Shown here one piece after another: positions 49,473 to 63,760 of a stretch of DNA of 64,000 nucleotides (positions are counted from its first letter, which is position 1; the number at the start of each line of letters is the position of its first letter). A program made the position numbers and the translations under genes. Source of the stretch: Amoebidium appalachense. Its lineage: Eukaryota > Protista > Ichthyosporea. The stretch is taken from positions 3,240,259 to 3,304,258 of the forward strand of contig CAVNZM010000002.1 of assembly GCA_963693365.1 (NCBI GenBank), given 5' to 3'. The notes under the pieces were generated by a model. The model did no database searches. It was not told the origin of the DNA and saw nothing but the letters and a program-made list of their open reading frames with translations.

Positions 49473-50399
49473 GGGTATGTTGCCGCAGGCGACACGCAGC
49501 GTAGTAGTGCCCGGCCACTTACCTAAGCCAGTGGGTACATAGCTTTGGAGACTACCCCCAACCCGAGCCACCCCAAAAAAACACACACACAAGTACGGAG
49601 CGTACGATGGACTTCAGTATGTCGAGATCGGTCATTGCAGTGCATTATTGGGTGTGCACTTCTACCTGTCACACACAGTTCCTGCACACGTACGCGTACA
49701 CGTACACACACGCGCAAAACACAGGGCTTTCGTCACCCTGCAACCAGCCATGCGCATGACGGTGACTGCACAAACTGACTACAATCGAGTCTCGTGTTGG
49801 CATTGCATTCCTGTAGATGCATAGTGTGGGCCGAGTATATTCGGCAAGTATACCCCTTCCTCTTGCCGTGCCACTTGTAATTGCATCCGGCTACAGCAAC
49901 CACTCGTTCTGATTTCTAGCGTTGACAGCTAATAAACATCATCTCTAGCACCCCTTGGTTTTCTTATTTTTCTTATTTTGATGCTATTGATGGCCATAAT
50001 ACTATCATGCGGGGGGGGGGGAGGGGGGGGAGGGCAGGGGGGCAGGGGGGTAGAAAGGGAGGTTGGGGGAGAGGGGGGGGGGGGGGGAGGGGTGAAGGGG
50101 GGGGAAGGGGGGGGGGGGGCAGGGGGGCAGGGGTTACAAAGGGAGGTTGGGGGAGAAGGGGAGGGAGAGGGAAGGGGGTGAAGGGGGGGGGGGGGGGGGG
50201 GGGGGAGGAGGCTGAGGTGAAGTGAGTGAAGAGCGAGAGAGAGAGGGGTTGGGGAGGGGGAGGGGAGAGGCAGAAAAAGAGAGCGAGAGTGAGAGCGGGA
50301 GGGAGAGACAGAGAGAGATTAAGAGAACCTAAGTATGCCACAAGACCGTGATGAAGAGAGGGTAAGCAAGGGTTTTGTGTAGATATGTGCGGGCTCGGA

Positions 50400-52535
50400 A
50401 GTTATAGAGAAAGCCAGTACTTTTGGAACGTAAACAATCTTGAGGCCAATAACAAAGGATGCGGATCAAACACACCTCGAGTGCATTTTCCGTGGATGTC
50501 GGAGTCCTTTATTGCTGTCCATGAGGCTTTGAACGTGCTATACCTTGTGGGCTTTGTGAGGGTTAGGATTGTGACGGCTCTGAGCACAGGTGTTTTAAAA
50601 ATCCATTACTACAAAAGTATTGAATACGCTGTGCGGCAGGCAGACAGAAGTCACGTTCGATGGCGAGGCCTTATGCTTTAGCCAGTCGAATTACTCAGTC
50701 ACCGATACATCTACGTTCTTCTCATAGTTACGCCTCCCACGATTGTCTTGTTTCGGAGGAGGGGGAACGCCGTCTGCCAGTGCCGCAATTCGCATCTCCC
50801 GAACTCGTGCCTCCCCCACTCGGTAATCTTTGGCAACAAACTCGTCCGGCTCTCTCCTTAACGCACCATCTCCTTTTCTTTCCTCTGGCTCCAGCTGGTT
50901 GTCTTGATCAAGAAGCTCTTTGTATCTGACGGACCAGATGCTACATATGGTGTTGTTGTCTGCTTGAGAAAGACGCCTTCCTTTCGTTAGCAGGAGGTTT
51001 TGTAGAGTGGCTTGTATTGTAAGCGGGCGCTCGACTAAGGGAGGCTCCACTGGTGCCTCGGTAGCGGCGGTTGTATTTGGTACAGTTTGTGGGGGCTTTT
51101 CGTGCAAATATAATAACGAAGCATCTTCTATACTCATTGCGTTGTCTTCTACAAGTATAAGGCCACGAGCATACAGAGATTCACGCTTTCTACTTTTGCC
51201 CTCTTCAGCATGTCGTCTAGGGATTCTTTCGAGGCCTCCCTCTCTCTCTTTTTTAGTGCATATAGTTCACGACGACGTGCTTTCTTTTTGGACTTCGGGC
51301 TTAGCATACCGAGATTGTCTTGAGCATGGTTGGTGGCGCTTGCGACGGAACAATTTTTTGGTTGCTCAGACATGTTGAAAGCGTGGGCCGGGGGGGAATG
51401 AGATTCAGTGTGTGCACACACGCACGCTGACTAAAGTGCGTGGTTGTGTTTTCATATGGATGAGTCACAAGGCCCGTCCAGCTGGGCCCGGGCTGGGGAA
51501 GGCTTGTCACCACATGACTCGGCGGTAACGACTCCCAAGTCCCGCCAAAAAAGATTTTTGAGTAATCATTTCCAGCTTTTGATTGGTTAAAAGATGGTTC
51601 GTTCTCAACCAATCACAAGTTTGGGTTCCACGGAATGTCCTTCCCGTGCCGTCAGAAGGTTGTCTCAACTTGTAGCGAGCATTTTGCGGCGATACAAATT
51701 TTTCTTCCTCTTCTAGGATGTTGTCTTGATATACAACACCCAGCTCCATGTATAGTAGGTTACCTCAAAACGGATACTGTATGTGTCTTGCCATCCCAAA
51801 TTACTATGATATTAGTATTGCATTCCAAGGTTAAAAACCGGTGTACATTCCTGGGTTCCTATTGGTCAATAATGATGCAAATAACGGATATCAGGGCTTG
51901 AATCTTGTGGTTGCTCATTGGAATTTCCTGAATTGGAGAAAAGTGTGTGAACATGTACGGACCGTGACTCGGCGGCGTATCCCGATATACATGTTGATGT
52001 AGCTCTAACTACCATGTTGAGTAAACTTGAGTGGCCTGTTGCCTGAAGAATCTTACAGGATCACATGTAATGTGATTTCGATTATAGACAGCACAAAACA
52101 TCTTACCCCTGTGGCCCAACCCATAGCCATTAAATATTTGTGTCCCACGGCTCCATCGGAATCCCTGAATAATTTGTTGAACATTTAAAGCCCTGTACTT
52201 TGAAAATGATGACCAGCTTCCTATTGGTTTTGAATGAATTCCATTCTGGATATTGGTTCTCCCTAAACTAGATGTTGGGCAGTGCCTATTGAATGTTGGC
52301 ATGCGGAGGAATAACAGGAGTCTAGGGAGTGCAGTCAACACAACATCGAAGGCCAGTTCCGGCTATCGGGATGCTTGCGTGTGTTGGCACTTAGCAACAT
52401 GGCTTTTGGGGAATAAAAAACATGTGCAGTCCATCCTCTCGACTCAAACTTCACAGGCCCACACGCTCGTCAAATGCCAGGCCTGGTGAATTGTTACTAA
52501 AGGTCGGTTATTCATGCCACATATGGCACAAGGTA
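50400..52535 (-). pseudogene. Decayed, intronless coding-like region of unknown origin (possible TE or viral relic)
   Basis: Microsatellite-free 2 kb with successive minus-strand ORF fragments (52009-52341, 51507-51749, 51149-51421, 50691-51137). No recognisable domain. Confidence 0.3.
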
Positions 52536-52606
52536 ATAGCTTTATGAGTCAATAAATCAGTGCGTTGGTCAAAGTGCTGCAGATTGTTGTGCCCTCAACA
52601 GTCACC

Positions 52607-53015
52607 ATGGCGCTACGTTCTGGTGGTACAGGTCACCTTTCTCTCGGAATCCTCCTGTCAGGTGAGTTACGTTTGCCGCGTGCTTTAAATGGCATGTCTG
52701 TTTGTTTTTGTTTTTCTCCAACCTTATAATGCACACATCATCCCCGAGCCCTTTTCTCCCCCCCCCCCCCCTCCCCCCCCTCTTCCCTCCCCCCCTTCCC
52801 CCCCGGGGTCCTTCCGGCCCACATCAGCCTTGCACACATTGCAAGATTGAATTCCTCTTGGCATTTGGTTACCCAATTAGGTCAAAGGTGCAATCGGGTG
52901 AAATGCACTTTTCCCTAGCTGCTCACAGCGCTCAAACTCATCTTACCACCTGTTTCTAAAATTCCACTGCACTTCTGATGTTCTTCACGGTTCAAAGTTT
53001 ACACCCTGCCTCAGC

Positions 53016-53071
<56 letters not shown>

Positions 53072-54207
53072 AGAAAACAAAAAAAAGAAAAAGAAAAACG
53101 AAAAAGAAAAAAATAACTCTTGGGGGGGCTTTTTGGTTTTTAACTGTTTTACGGTTAAATTTGGTTTCTGATTATAGGTTTCGTTACGGTTTAATGCTTT
53201 TCTTTTCACCTCTACGCCTCCGGATCCCCAACCTTCTAATTCATACATCCCCCTCCCTCACTTCTTCTTCTTCCAAGGATGTATCCCCTACCACATTGGA
53301 TGAAGTAAAACAAAATGTTGTCCGTTCTACTTGGGTTACTGGCCCTTTGTGTATCTTGTCTGCAAGCTTGTCGTGACTGTGCTGCTCCTCTCCTCGTTGT
53401 ATGCCTTTCTACACTAGCCTACGGTTACTAAGGCTTTCTACCGTGTTTACTCTGTCTTCCCTCCTCCTTCTCGTTTCAGGAGGACTACGTCTACCTGTCT
53501 GCATAGAGTATCTTTTATGCTGGCTCAGACAGATTTTCCCTCATTCCCCACTCCCCCGTCCCATCTCTGGGCATACACGTGCACCGTAAGCACACACCCA
53601 CACATGCACGAGCACATGCATGCGCACACGGCATACGCCTTTTTCCTTCTTAATGGATTTTAGAGGTGTTCGCTAAGTGGTTGAAGCTTACTACCCCCAT
53701 GCCCCTCTCCCCCGTATCTTTCCTGGAAAAATGTTTGCCTCAAGTTGTATAGTGCCCGTTCTTGGCATTGGAGAGAAGAGTACATACTCCGTCCCCTCCC
53801 CCCCATCCCCCCCCCCCAAAAAAAAAACAAAACAAAAACAAAACAAAACAAAACAACAACAAAAAAAAAGAAAAAGAAAAAAGAAAAAAGAGAGGGAAAA
53901 AAAATACGGAACACACACACATACAGCCGCTGCCGCCACACACCCCTACGTCGGATAGAGAGTCCCCTTTGCCTCAGGCTGCAAACCTGTGGCTTTCTTT
54001 CTTTTTGTGCATTTCTGGATTCGTTATCATGTTTCGCTTTGCTTTGCCTTTGTTGTCCCACACTTCATCTCCCCCCCCCCCCCCCCCCCCCCCCCCCGGG
54101 GCTCAACCCACACACCACCACCGCTACGCGGCCTCCTAGTTTAGTGGCTTATACAACCGTGTGTGGCTTTGTGGCTTTTCAACCTCCCCCCTCCCCCCCC
54201 CCCCCCT

Positions 54208-54244
<37 letters not shown>

Positions 54245-56229
54245 ATTCTGCTCCGTGGTCTTTCTTCAATGAAACCCCCAAAACACATGCATTTACATCC
54301 ACAAGTAACACAAAATGTCCGCTACCAAACAGTCGGTCTGCTAGCATCGGCCCAACTAACAGCAATCAACATTGGTGCCGACGCATCCACCTGCCCCGGC
54401 TACATCTTTGACGCATCTGTCGGTAGATGTGGGGACCTCAACGAATGCGCCGAGCAAACGACGCTGAAACCAAGATGCAAAGATGGATTCGTGTGTGTTA
54501 ACTCCATCGGCAGTTTTCGGTGCACCTGCCCCACTGGCACCGTTGCACGTGTCACAGCCACAGGAACACAGTGCATGTCAATCGCATACGCTTGCCCTGC
54601 AACAAAACCCATTCGCCTCACACCATGCAGCATTCCAACAACAACTAACTGCGGCTATGACCAGGTTTGTCCCGGGGAATGCAGCGATGGAACAAACCTC
54701 CCGTGTAAGAACGTTACCACGGCAAAGTGCGTGAATGGCTATTGGCGGATTGTCTCGGATGCCACGTACGAATGCCCCCCTGAAGACGACTGGAGTGCTG
54801 ATACATTTGCACTTCCTGCACCTGTTGTGGTGACGACATGCCCCACTACGAAACCCCTCCAATCCACCTCTTGCAACGTTTTTTGGACTATCGTGTGTGG
54901 TTATGACCCGGTGTGCCCGGGCCCCTGCCCCGACGGCTCACGGATTCCTTGCAGGAATACCACTGATGCACGCTGTGTGGATGGTTTGTGGCAGTTGGCA
55001 CGTGTGGCCGACTATGGCTGCCCTATAGTCCGCCCACCTCCACCCGTCGTTGTTCCCACGTGCCCAACCACCAAGCCGGTAACCGGCGGCGCATGCCAGG
55101 TCCCGTCCACCACCCAGTGTGGCTACGACCAGGTGTGCCCAGCAACGTGCCAAGACGGCAGCAAGCTGCCCTGCAAGAACATCACCACGGCCACATGCCG
55201 CAACGGCCAGTGGTTCCTGGCCCGCCTGGCCGATTACGGCTGCCCCATTTTTTCCCCCCCACCTCCCGCCATCATTACCACTTGCCCTGTTACCAAGCCA
55301 GTAGATGCAGCGACATGCAATGCTGCATCAACATTGGTGTGTGGTTATGACCAGGTATATATGACCCCCCCCCCCCCCCCCCCCCCCCCCTCCCGTACCC
55401 CCAACCAGGTACATGTGATACCTTCCTGCTTATTAGTCGCCCATGCATCTTTTCTCTCCCGTTTGCAGCACCGTCATAACCTATCACAGTACCCCAATTC
55501 AATAGCAAAATGTATATCGAATTGCAAATGGGGAGGTTCATTTGCATAGATTCATAATCACGGTGCTAGCTTCACTGAAAACGAAGGAGAAGGGAAAGAA
55601 GACTGGAATAACAAATATGAGTAGCTAGGGTAACATAATATGGATAGTTTACTTCATTACAGCATTGGTGTTCTTGGCTAAGAAAAGCAGTTTGTGGGTG
55701 TGTGTAACAGTCGCATTTAGGGAGTTTGAAGACCCGCTCAGAGGACAAAAACATTGGCAGGTAGTCTCAGACTTCGTCTGCTTCCGCACAGGTGTGCCCG
55801 GCAACGTGTCAAGACGGTACCAAGCTGCCCTGCAAGAACATCACCACGGCCACTTGCCGCAACGGCCAGTGGTTCCTGGCCCGCCTGGCCGACTACGGCT
55901 GCCCTCTGGTCCCACCCAAGCCCCCCACCGTCACCGTGGCACCCGACGTACCGACCTGCCCCACCACCCGACCGGCCGATGGTGCGGCATGCCAGCTGCC
56001 TGCCACCACCCAGTGTGCCTATGACCAGGTACGAATGAATCATCCCCCAACCCCTCCGTCCATGTGTTGCACTGCTAAATCCGGCCTTCTAGGTGACTTA
56101 GGGCATGCCTCCTTGCATCAACTTTCAAAGGCTGGACTCACACCCCTTTGGGACCTCCCGGGGGGGGGGGGGGGGGTCCGAGGGGGGTCAGCATCTAAGG
56201 TAATTCAATCGTACGTAGAATACAGCATG

Positions 56230-56263
<34 letters not shown>

Positions 56264-56694
56264 ATATGTACGCACGTGTGACTGTGCACATGATGTGATT
56301 CAATGTATGTGGCCCTGGTAGTACATGCAATGTGTCGGTGTGCATCCATTTCTGTGCATGTATTGTGCCTCACAGTGAACACATGCGCACATGTGCAGCG
56401 ACATGTGCGCATGAGTCATAACGCACTTTATTACGAGTGTCTGTAGCGTACTACTAAGTTGTACGGTATGTGTGTATGTGAATGGTGCAGCATGTTCGTT
56501 CTTGTGCACGTGTTAAACCTGGAGCATGAATACCATGTGATTCATGGGGTATGGGTGTTTGTGTGTGAGCATGTGTGCACGTGGATGATCAGTTCCCAAT
56601 GAATAGGTGACACCTAGATGTATATACAGTGTCACATGTGGGTGTGGGTGTGTGCGCGCGCGAGTGTGTGCCTGTGTGTTGTGCGTGTTTTGTG

Positions 56695-56745
<51 letters not shown>

Positions 56746-59700
56746 CCCCTCCCCCCCCTCCCCCATCCCCTCCCTCCCCCCCCCCCCACCACCACCACCC
56801 TGGCTACATGTGGTACGATGGGTATTTGGGGGGTCGGCTACATTTGGTGCCACATTTGGTATACGTACTGCTACCCGGCGGAGGGGGGAGGGGGGGGGGG
56901 GGGGGCTAGTTGAAAACGGTGAAGGTGCTTTTTTGTGGATCTCAGCTGGCAGGTAAACAAGAATGACTGCACGGCAACAATGATGAATGTTGTCACTTTT
57001 GACTGCTACACTCTCAATGTTCTAAAAAGTTCTATACAGTTACTGGCAGTGAAAACTGCATTGCTTTTTTAAGACTCAAACAAGAACAAGAAGACTATGA
57101 TGATTCAGAACTAGAACTTATAATAATGCTCGTGTCTTCCTACTACACAGGTTTGCCCACCCATATGCCAAGACGGTACCAAGCTGCCCTGCAATAACAT
57201 CACCACGGCCACATGCCGCAACGGCCAGTGGTTCCTGGCCCGCCTGGCCGACTACGGCTGCCCGATTATTCCGCCCCCACCCCCCGCCGTCATAACCACT
57301 TGCCCTGCCACCAAGCCAGTAGATGCAGCCACATGCAACGTTGCAACAAGGGTTTCGTGCAGCTACGACCAGGTGTGCCCGGCAACCTGCCAAGACGGTA
57401 CCAAGCTGCCCTGCAAGAACATCACCACGGCCACCTGCCGCAACGGCCAGTGGTTCCTGGCCCGCCTGGCCGACTACGGCTGCTCTCTGGTCCCTCCCAA
57501 GCCCCCCACCATCACCGTGGCACCCGACGTACCCACCTGCCCCACCACCCGGCCGGCCGATGGTGCGGCATGCCAGCTGCCTGCCACCACACAGTGTGCC
57601 TACGACCAGGTATGGACACACCCCTCTAACCCTGAACCGCGAAGTCTAAGACCCTGTGGTCCTTGATTCCCTCTTGTGCAGCATCTTCTTGTGTTATTTT
57701 GTCAAAATACCTGCCTACTTTTTTATTCATGGCAGTGCTATTTCTGCGGTTTTGCTTTTAGTATGTATTGTTTACATGCCTATGGGCATGCCGCTTTGAA
57801 TCTTTGAGGTAGGTGCAGGCAAACCTCTGCTTGTGTTTGCAAAACCGAAAGCATGTTCATTGAGGGATAGTGGCTGACCACAAATCTTAGATGTTTATGT
57901 GGCCTTTAAGTTTTTTTTTTAATGGAGATCAGTTATGAAAACAGAAAGGCCGCAAGACAGGGTGATGGTTGTTGATTTTTAGTTTCTACTATAAGCCATG
58001 TCGCAATACCTGTGTTTTTTGCACATTTTTCTTTTTTCCTTTCTTTCTTTCTTTTTTTTTTTTGGAAAAGAATCTAGAAATGACCTATACAATTCAGGAA
58101 TTCATAGAAAGGTTGCAGGGACAATAAGAACGTGACAGCAGTGCTCCCTACCATCTTTTTGAACCAGAGATTTGATACTCATGCCATGCTTTTGTCCTGC
58201 TTCTGCGCAGGTGTGCCCGGCAACGTGCCAAGACGGTACCCAGCTGCCCTGCAAGAATGTCACCACCGCCACATGCCGCAACGGCCAGTGGTCCCTGGCC
58301 CGCTTGGCCGACTACGGCTGCCCCCCCTATTCCGCCCACCCCCCCCACAGCCATTACCACTTGCCCTGCCACCAAGCCAGCAGATGCAGCCACATGCAAC
58401 GTTGCATCAACAGTTGTGTGTGGTTACGACCAGGTGTGCCCTGCCCCTTGCCAGGATGGCACCAAGCTGCCCTGCAAGAACATCACCGAGGCCCGCTGCA
58501 CTGACGGCAAGTGGCGCCTTGCCCGCCTCGCAGACTACAGATGCCCCCTTGTTCCCATTCCGCCACCAGTAGTTGCGTTCAAGTGTCCGGCCACCTCGCC
58601 TACGGGTGCATGCACCGCACCGGCTACCACAGTCTGCGGATACAACAAACTGTGCCCCGGCGAGTGCCTGGATGGGACCGTTCTGCCGTGCAAAAACCGC
58701 ACAGAGGTTCGGTGCGTCAGCGGCAAGTGGGTGGTGGCTGAGTTGGCAGACTATTCTTGCCCTGACGATTCTCTGCTGCCGGATGAGCTTGAACTTACCA
58801 ACGAGGAAAATGTTGCTCAGGAGGTCCCTGTGTGCCCGGCTGTGAAGCCCACCATTGGTGGGGCGTGCCAACTACCTGCCACCACAGAGTGCAGTTATGA
58901 TTCGGTGTGCCCAGGTACGTGTGCCAATGGTTCGAAGCTGCCCTGCAAGAACATCACCACGGCCACATGCCGCAACGGCCAGTGGTTACTGGCCCGCCTG
59001 GCTGACTACGGCTGCCCCATTATTCCGCCTGCACCACCCGCCGTCATTACCACTTGCTCTGCCACCAAGCCAGCAGATGCAGCCACATGCAACGTTGCAT
59101 CGGCAGTGGTGTGTGGCTACGACCAGGTTTGCCCACCCACCTGTGCCGATGGATCCAAGCTTCCCTGCAAAAACGTCACGGAGGCCCGCTGTACGGACGG
59201 GAAATGGCGACTGGCCCGCCTGGCCGACTACGGCTGCCCTCTGGTCCCTCCCAAGCCCCCCACCGTCATCGTGGCACCCGACGTACCCACCTGCCCCACC
59301 ACCCGGCCGGCCGATGGTGCGGCATGCCAGCTGCCTGCCACCACACAGTGTGCCTACGACCAGGTGTGGATGCACTCCGTTGAGGTTGACTGGCTTAACA
59401 TGTGTTACGTCGATTTAGCTGAAGTTTATTGGCATGTTTCATGATGGCGCTATACTACTGGTAACATTAATATGAAAACCCGCGCTATCCACATGCCATG
59501 TCATGCCTTTTTGATGAATGTACACTAAAACCAGCTCCCCGTCACAACATGAAAAGGTGCTACATCTGTTGTTGGTGGCAGCTCGGAGGCTCAATGGTTT
59601 TAAGCTTTACAGAGTACATGCAGCCACACTTGCATGAATGGCTGCCGGGCCGATTTGATCATTCCTCGTGCCCTTGCACTCTATGTACCTTCAGGCCGAC

Positions 59701-62167
59701 TAACCGTTTTCTCATCTGTACAGGTGTGCCCGGCAACATGCCAAGACGGCACCAAGCTGCCCTGCAAAAACATCACCACGGCCACATGCCGCAACGGCCA
59801 GTGGTTCCTGGCCGGCCTGGCTGACTACGGCTGCCCCATTAATCCGCCTGCACCCCCCGCCGTCATTACCACTTGCCCTGCCACCAAGCCAGCAGATGCA
59901 GCCACATGCAACGTTGCATCGACAGTGGTGTGTGGCTACGACCAGGTTTGCCCACCCACCTGTGCCGATGGATCCAAGCTTCCCTGCAAAAACGTCACGG
60001 AGGCCCGCTGTACGGACGGGAAATGGCGACTGGCCCGCCTGGCCGACTACGGCTGCCCTCTGGTCCCTCCCAAGCCCCCCACCGTTATCGTGGCATCCGA
60101 CGTACCCACCTGCCCCACCACCCGGCCGGCCGATGGTGCGGCATGCCAACTGCCTGCCACCACACAGTGTGCCTACGACCAGGTGTGGATGCACTCTATT
60201 GAGGTTGACTGGCTTAGAATGTGTTACGTCGATTTTAGCTGAAGGTTATTGGCATGTTCCATGATGGCGCTATACTACGTAGGCTAGTTAAATTAATATG
60301 AAAACCCGTGCTATTCACATGCCATGTCATGCCTTTTTGATGAATGTACACTAAAACCAGCTCCCCGTCACAACATGAAAAGGTGCTACATCTGTTGTTG
60401 GTGGCAGCTCGGAGGCTCAATGGTTTTAAGCTTTACAGAGTATATGCAGCCACACTTGCATGAATGGCTGCCGGGCCGATTTGATCATTCCTCGTGCCCT
60501 TGCACTCTATGTACCTTCAGGCCGACTAACCGTTTTCTCATCTGTACAGGTGTGCCCGGCAACATGCCAAGACGGCACCAAGCTGCCCTGCAAAAACATC
60601 ACCACGGCCACATGCCGCAACGGCCAGTGGTTCCTGGCCCGCCTGGCTGACTACGGCTGCCTGATTGTCCCCGTCGCTCCCCCCACTGTCATTGCTCCCC
60701 CGACCATCACAGCTACTTGCCCTGCCACCAAGCCAGCAGATGCAGCCACATGCAACGTTGCATCGACAGTGGTGTGTGGCTACGACCAGGTTTGCCCACC
60801 CACCTGTGCCGATGGATCCAAGCTTCCCTGCAAAAACGTCACGGAGGTCCGCTGTACGGACGGGAAATGGCGACTGGCCCGCCTGGCCGACTACGGCTGC
60901 CCTCTGGTCCCTCCCAAGCCCCCCACCGTCATCGTGGCACCCGACGTACCCACCTGCCCCACCACCCGGCCGGCCGATGGTGCGGCATGCCAGCTACCTG
61001 CCACCACACAGTGTGCCTACGACCAGGTGTGGATGCACTCCGTTGAGGTTGACTGGCTTAGAATGTGTTACATCCATTTAGCTGAAGGTTATTGGCATGT
61101 TCCATGATGGCGCTATACTACGTATACTAGTAAAATTAATATGAAAACCCGTGCTATTCACATGCCATGTCATGCCTTTTTGATGAATGTACACTAAAAC
61201 CAGCTCCCCGTCACAACATGAAAAGGTGCTACATCTGTTGTAAACAGTTGGTGGCAGCTCGGAGGCTCAATGGTTTTAAGCTTTACAGAGTACATGCAGC
61301 CACACTTGCATGAATGGCTGCCGGGCCGATTTGATCATTCCTCGTGCCCTTGCACTCTATGTACCTTCAGGCCGACTAAACGTTTTCTCATCTGTACAGG
61401 TGTGCCCGGCAACATGCCAAGACGGCACCAAGCTGCCCTGCAAGAACATCACCACGGCCACATGCCGCAACGGCCAGTGGTTCCTGGCCCGCCTGGCTGA
61501 CTACGGCTGCCCGATTGTCCCCGTCGCTAACCCCACTGTCATTGCTCCCCCGACCATCACAGCTACTTGCCCTGCCACCAAGCCAGCAGATGCAGCCACA
61601 TGCAATGTTGCATCGACAGTGGTGTGTGGTTATGACCAGGTGTGCCCTGCCCCTTGCCAGGATGGCACCAAGCTGCCCTGCAAGAACATCACCGAAGCCC
61701 GCTGCGCTGACCGCAAGTGGCGCCTCGCCCGCCTCGCAGACTACGGATGCCCTCTGATTGCCCCCAAGCCAACCGTCATCGCACCTGCCCCCGCCACATG
61801 CCCAGCCTCCAAACCAACACCAGGAAGCGCATGCCAGCTACCTTCAACCCTCGAGTGCGGATTCGATCAGGTGTGCCCACCGGCTTGCCGTGACGGCACC
61901 AAGCTGCCCTGCAAGAACCTTACCACCGTCACATGCCGCAACAACCAATGGAACGTTGCAACGTTAGCCGATCACGGCTGCCGTGATTCACAGTTTCCGA
62001 CTGCAGAACGTGATAGCGTAGATTTCAACCCGGATGTTGATGGTGAAGTTGCCCCGGAGGGCGTGGGAGAAGCCCCCCCGGCCGGTGAGGGTTCTGCAGA
62101 TTCGTTGGGTGCCGGCCCGGAGGAAGCACCGGCTGAACTGACTGCGGAAGATTTTGCTCTTGAGTAG
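52607..62167 (+). CDS. Secreted Cys/Pro/Thr-rich modular protein: signal peptide, Ca-binding EGF, 18 tandem 8-Cys modules, acidic tail; about 1540 aa with one apparent +1 frameshift
   Basis: Exons 52607-52661 (GTCACCATGG context; MALRSGGTGHLSLGILLS/VGLLASA), 54333-55354, 55792-56028, 57151-57609, 58211-59363, 59724-60182, 60550-61026, 61400-62167. EGF DLNEC..C..GFVCVNSIGSFRCTC. Module CPxT[KR]Pxx[GA]xxCxxxxTxxC[GA]YDQVCPxxCxDG[ST]KLPCKN[IV]TxAxCx[ND]GxWxLARLADYGCP. Extra C in 58321-58327. Confidence 0.88.
59100..61640 (+). repeat. Recent tandem duplications of an ~820-850 bp exon+intron unit
   Basis: Introns 59364-59723, 60183-60549 and 61027-61399 are nearly identical, as are the flanking exon parts. 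Confidence 0.9.
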
Positions 62168-62674
62168 TTTGCTTATAATATGCTGCAGCATAAAAGGTTG
62201 TAAAAGCCCTAACTTGTTAATAATTTTAGGGATGAATAAGATTGTTTTATGAGTTAACAGGTGGATGTGTGTGTGGTCGTTCTGCTTCATTATGGGCTTT
62301 ACATATATATACATGTGGTAATCTTCGTCGGCAAAGCATGATATTGATTTCCCTAAGAATAGTTATTGATGATTGGGTTCGCATATTAATCATTAGTAAT
62401 ACTGCATATTAAACATAAAGTGTGACGTGGCCGCCGGACTGTAACAGTTGTGAACGGGAGGTCTTAGGGTACTGTTCCCACAGCATATTTAGCTAGCAGA
62501 ACCCAAAGTAGATCATCGTGGTTTTTGATAAAATATATGATGTGTGCGATCACATGTGCACACATCCACAGAAGCCTTAAATCAGGACTGGCATGGAAGG
62601 TGTAGTTTTTGGTCCCCCCCACCCCCCCCCCCCCCCCCCCCCCCCTCCCCCCGGGCCCGGCCCCCTTGGCCCGA

Positions 62675-63760
<1,086 letters not shown>

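Noticed and set aside
53401-54332. Alternative starts for the Cys-repeat gene (53401, 54161, 54269)
   Set aside because: Low-complexity or no phase-compatible donor; exon 52607-52661 gives a good start context, a GTGAGT donor, correct phase and a signal peptide.
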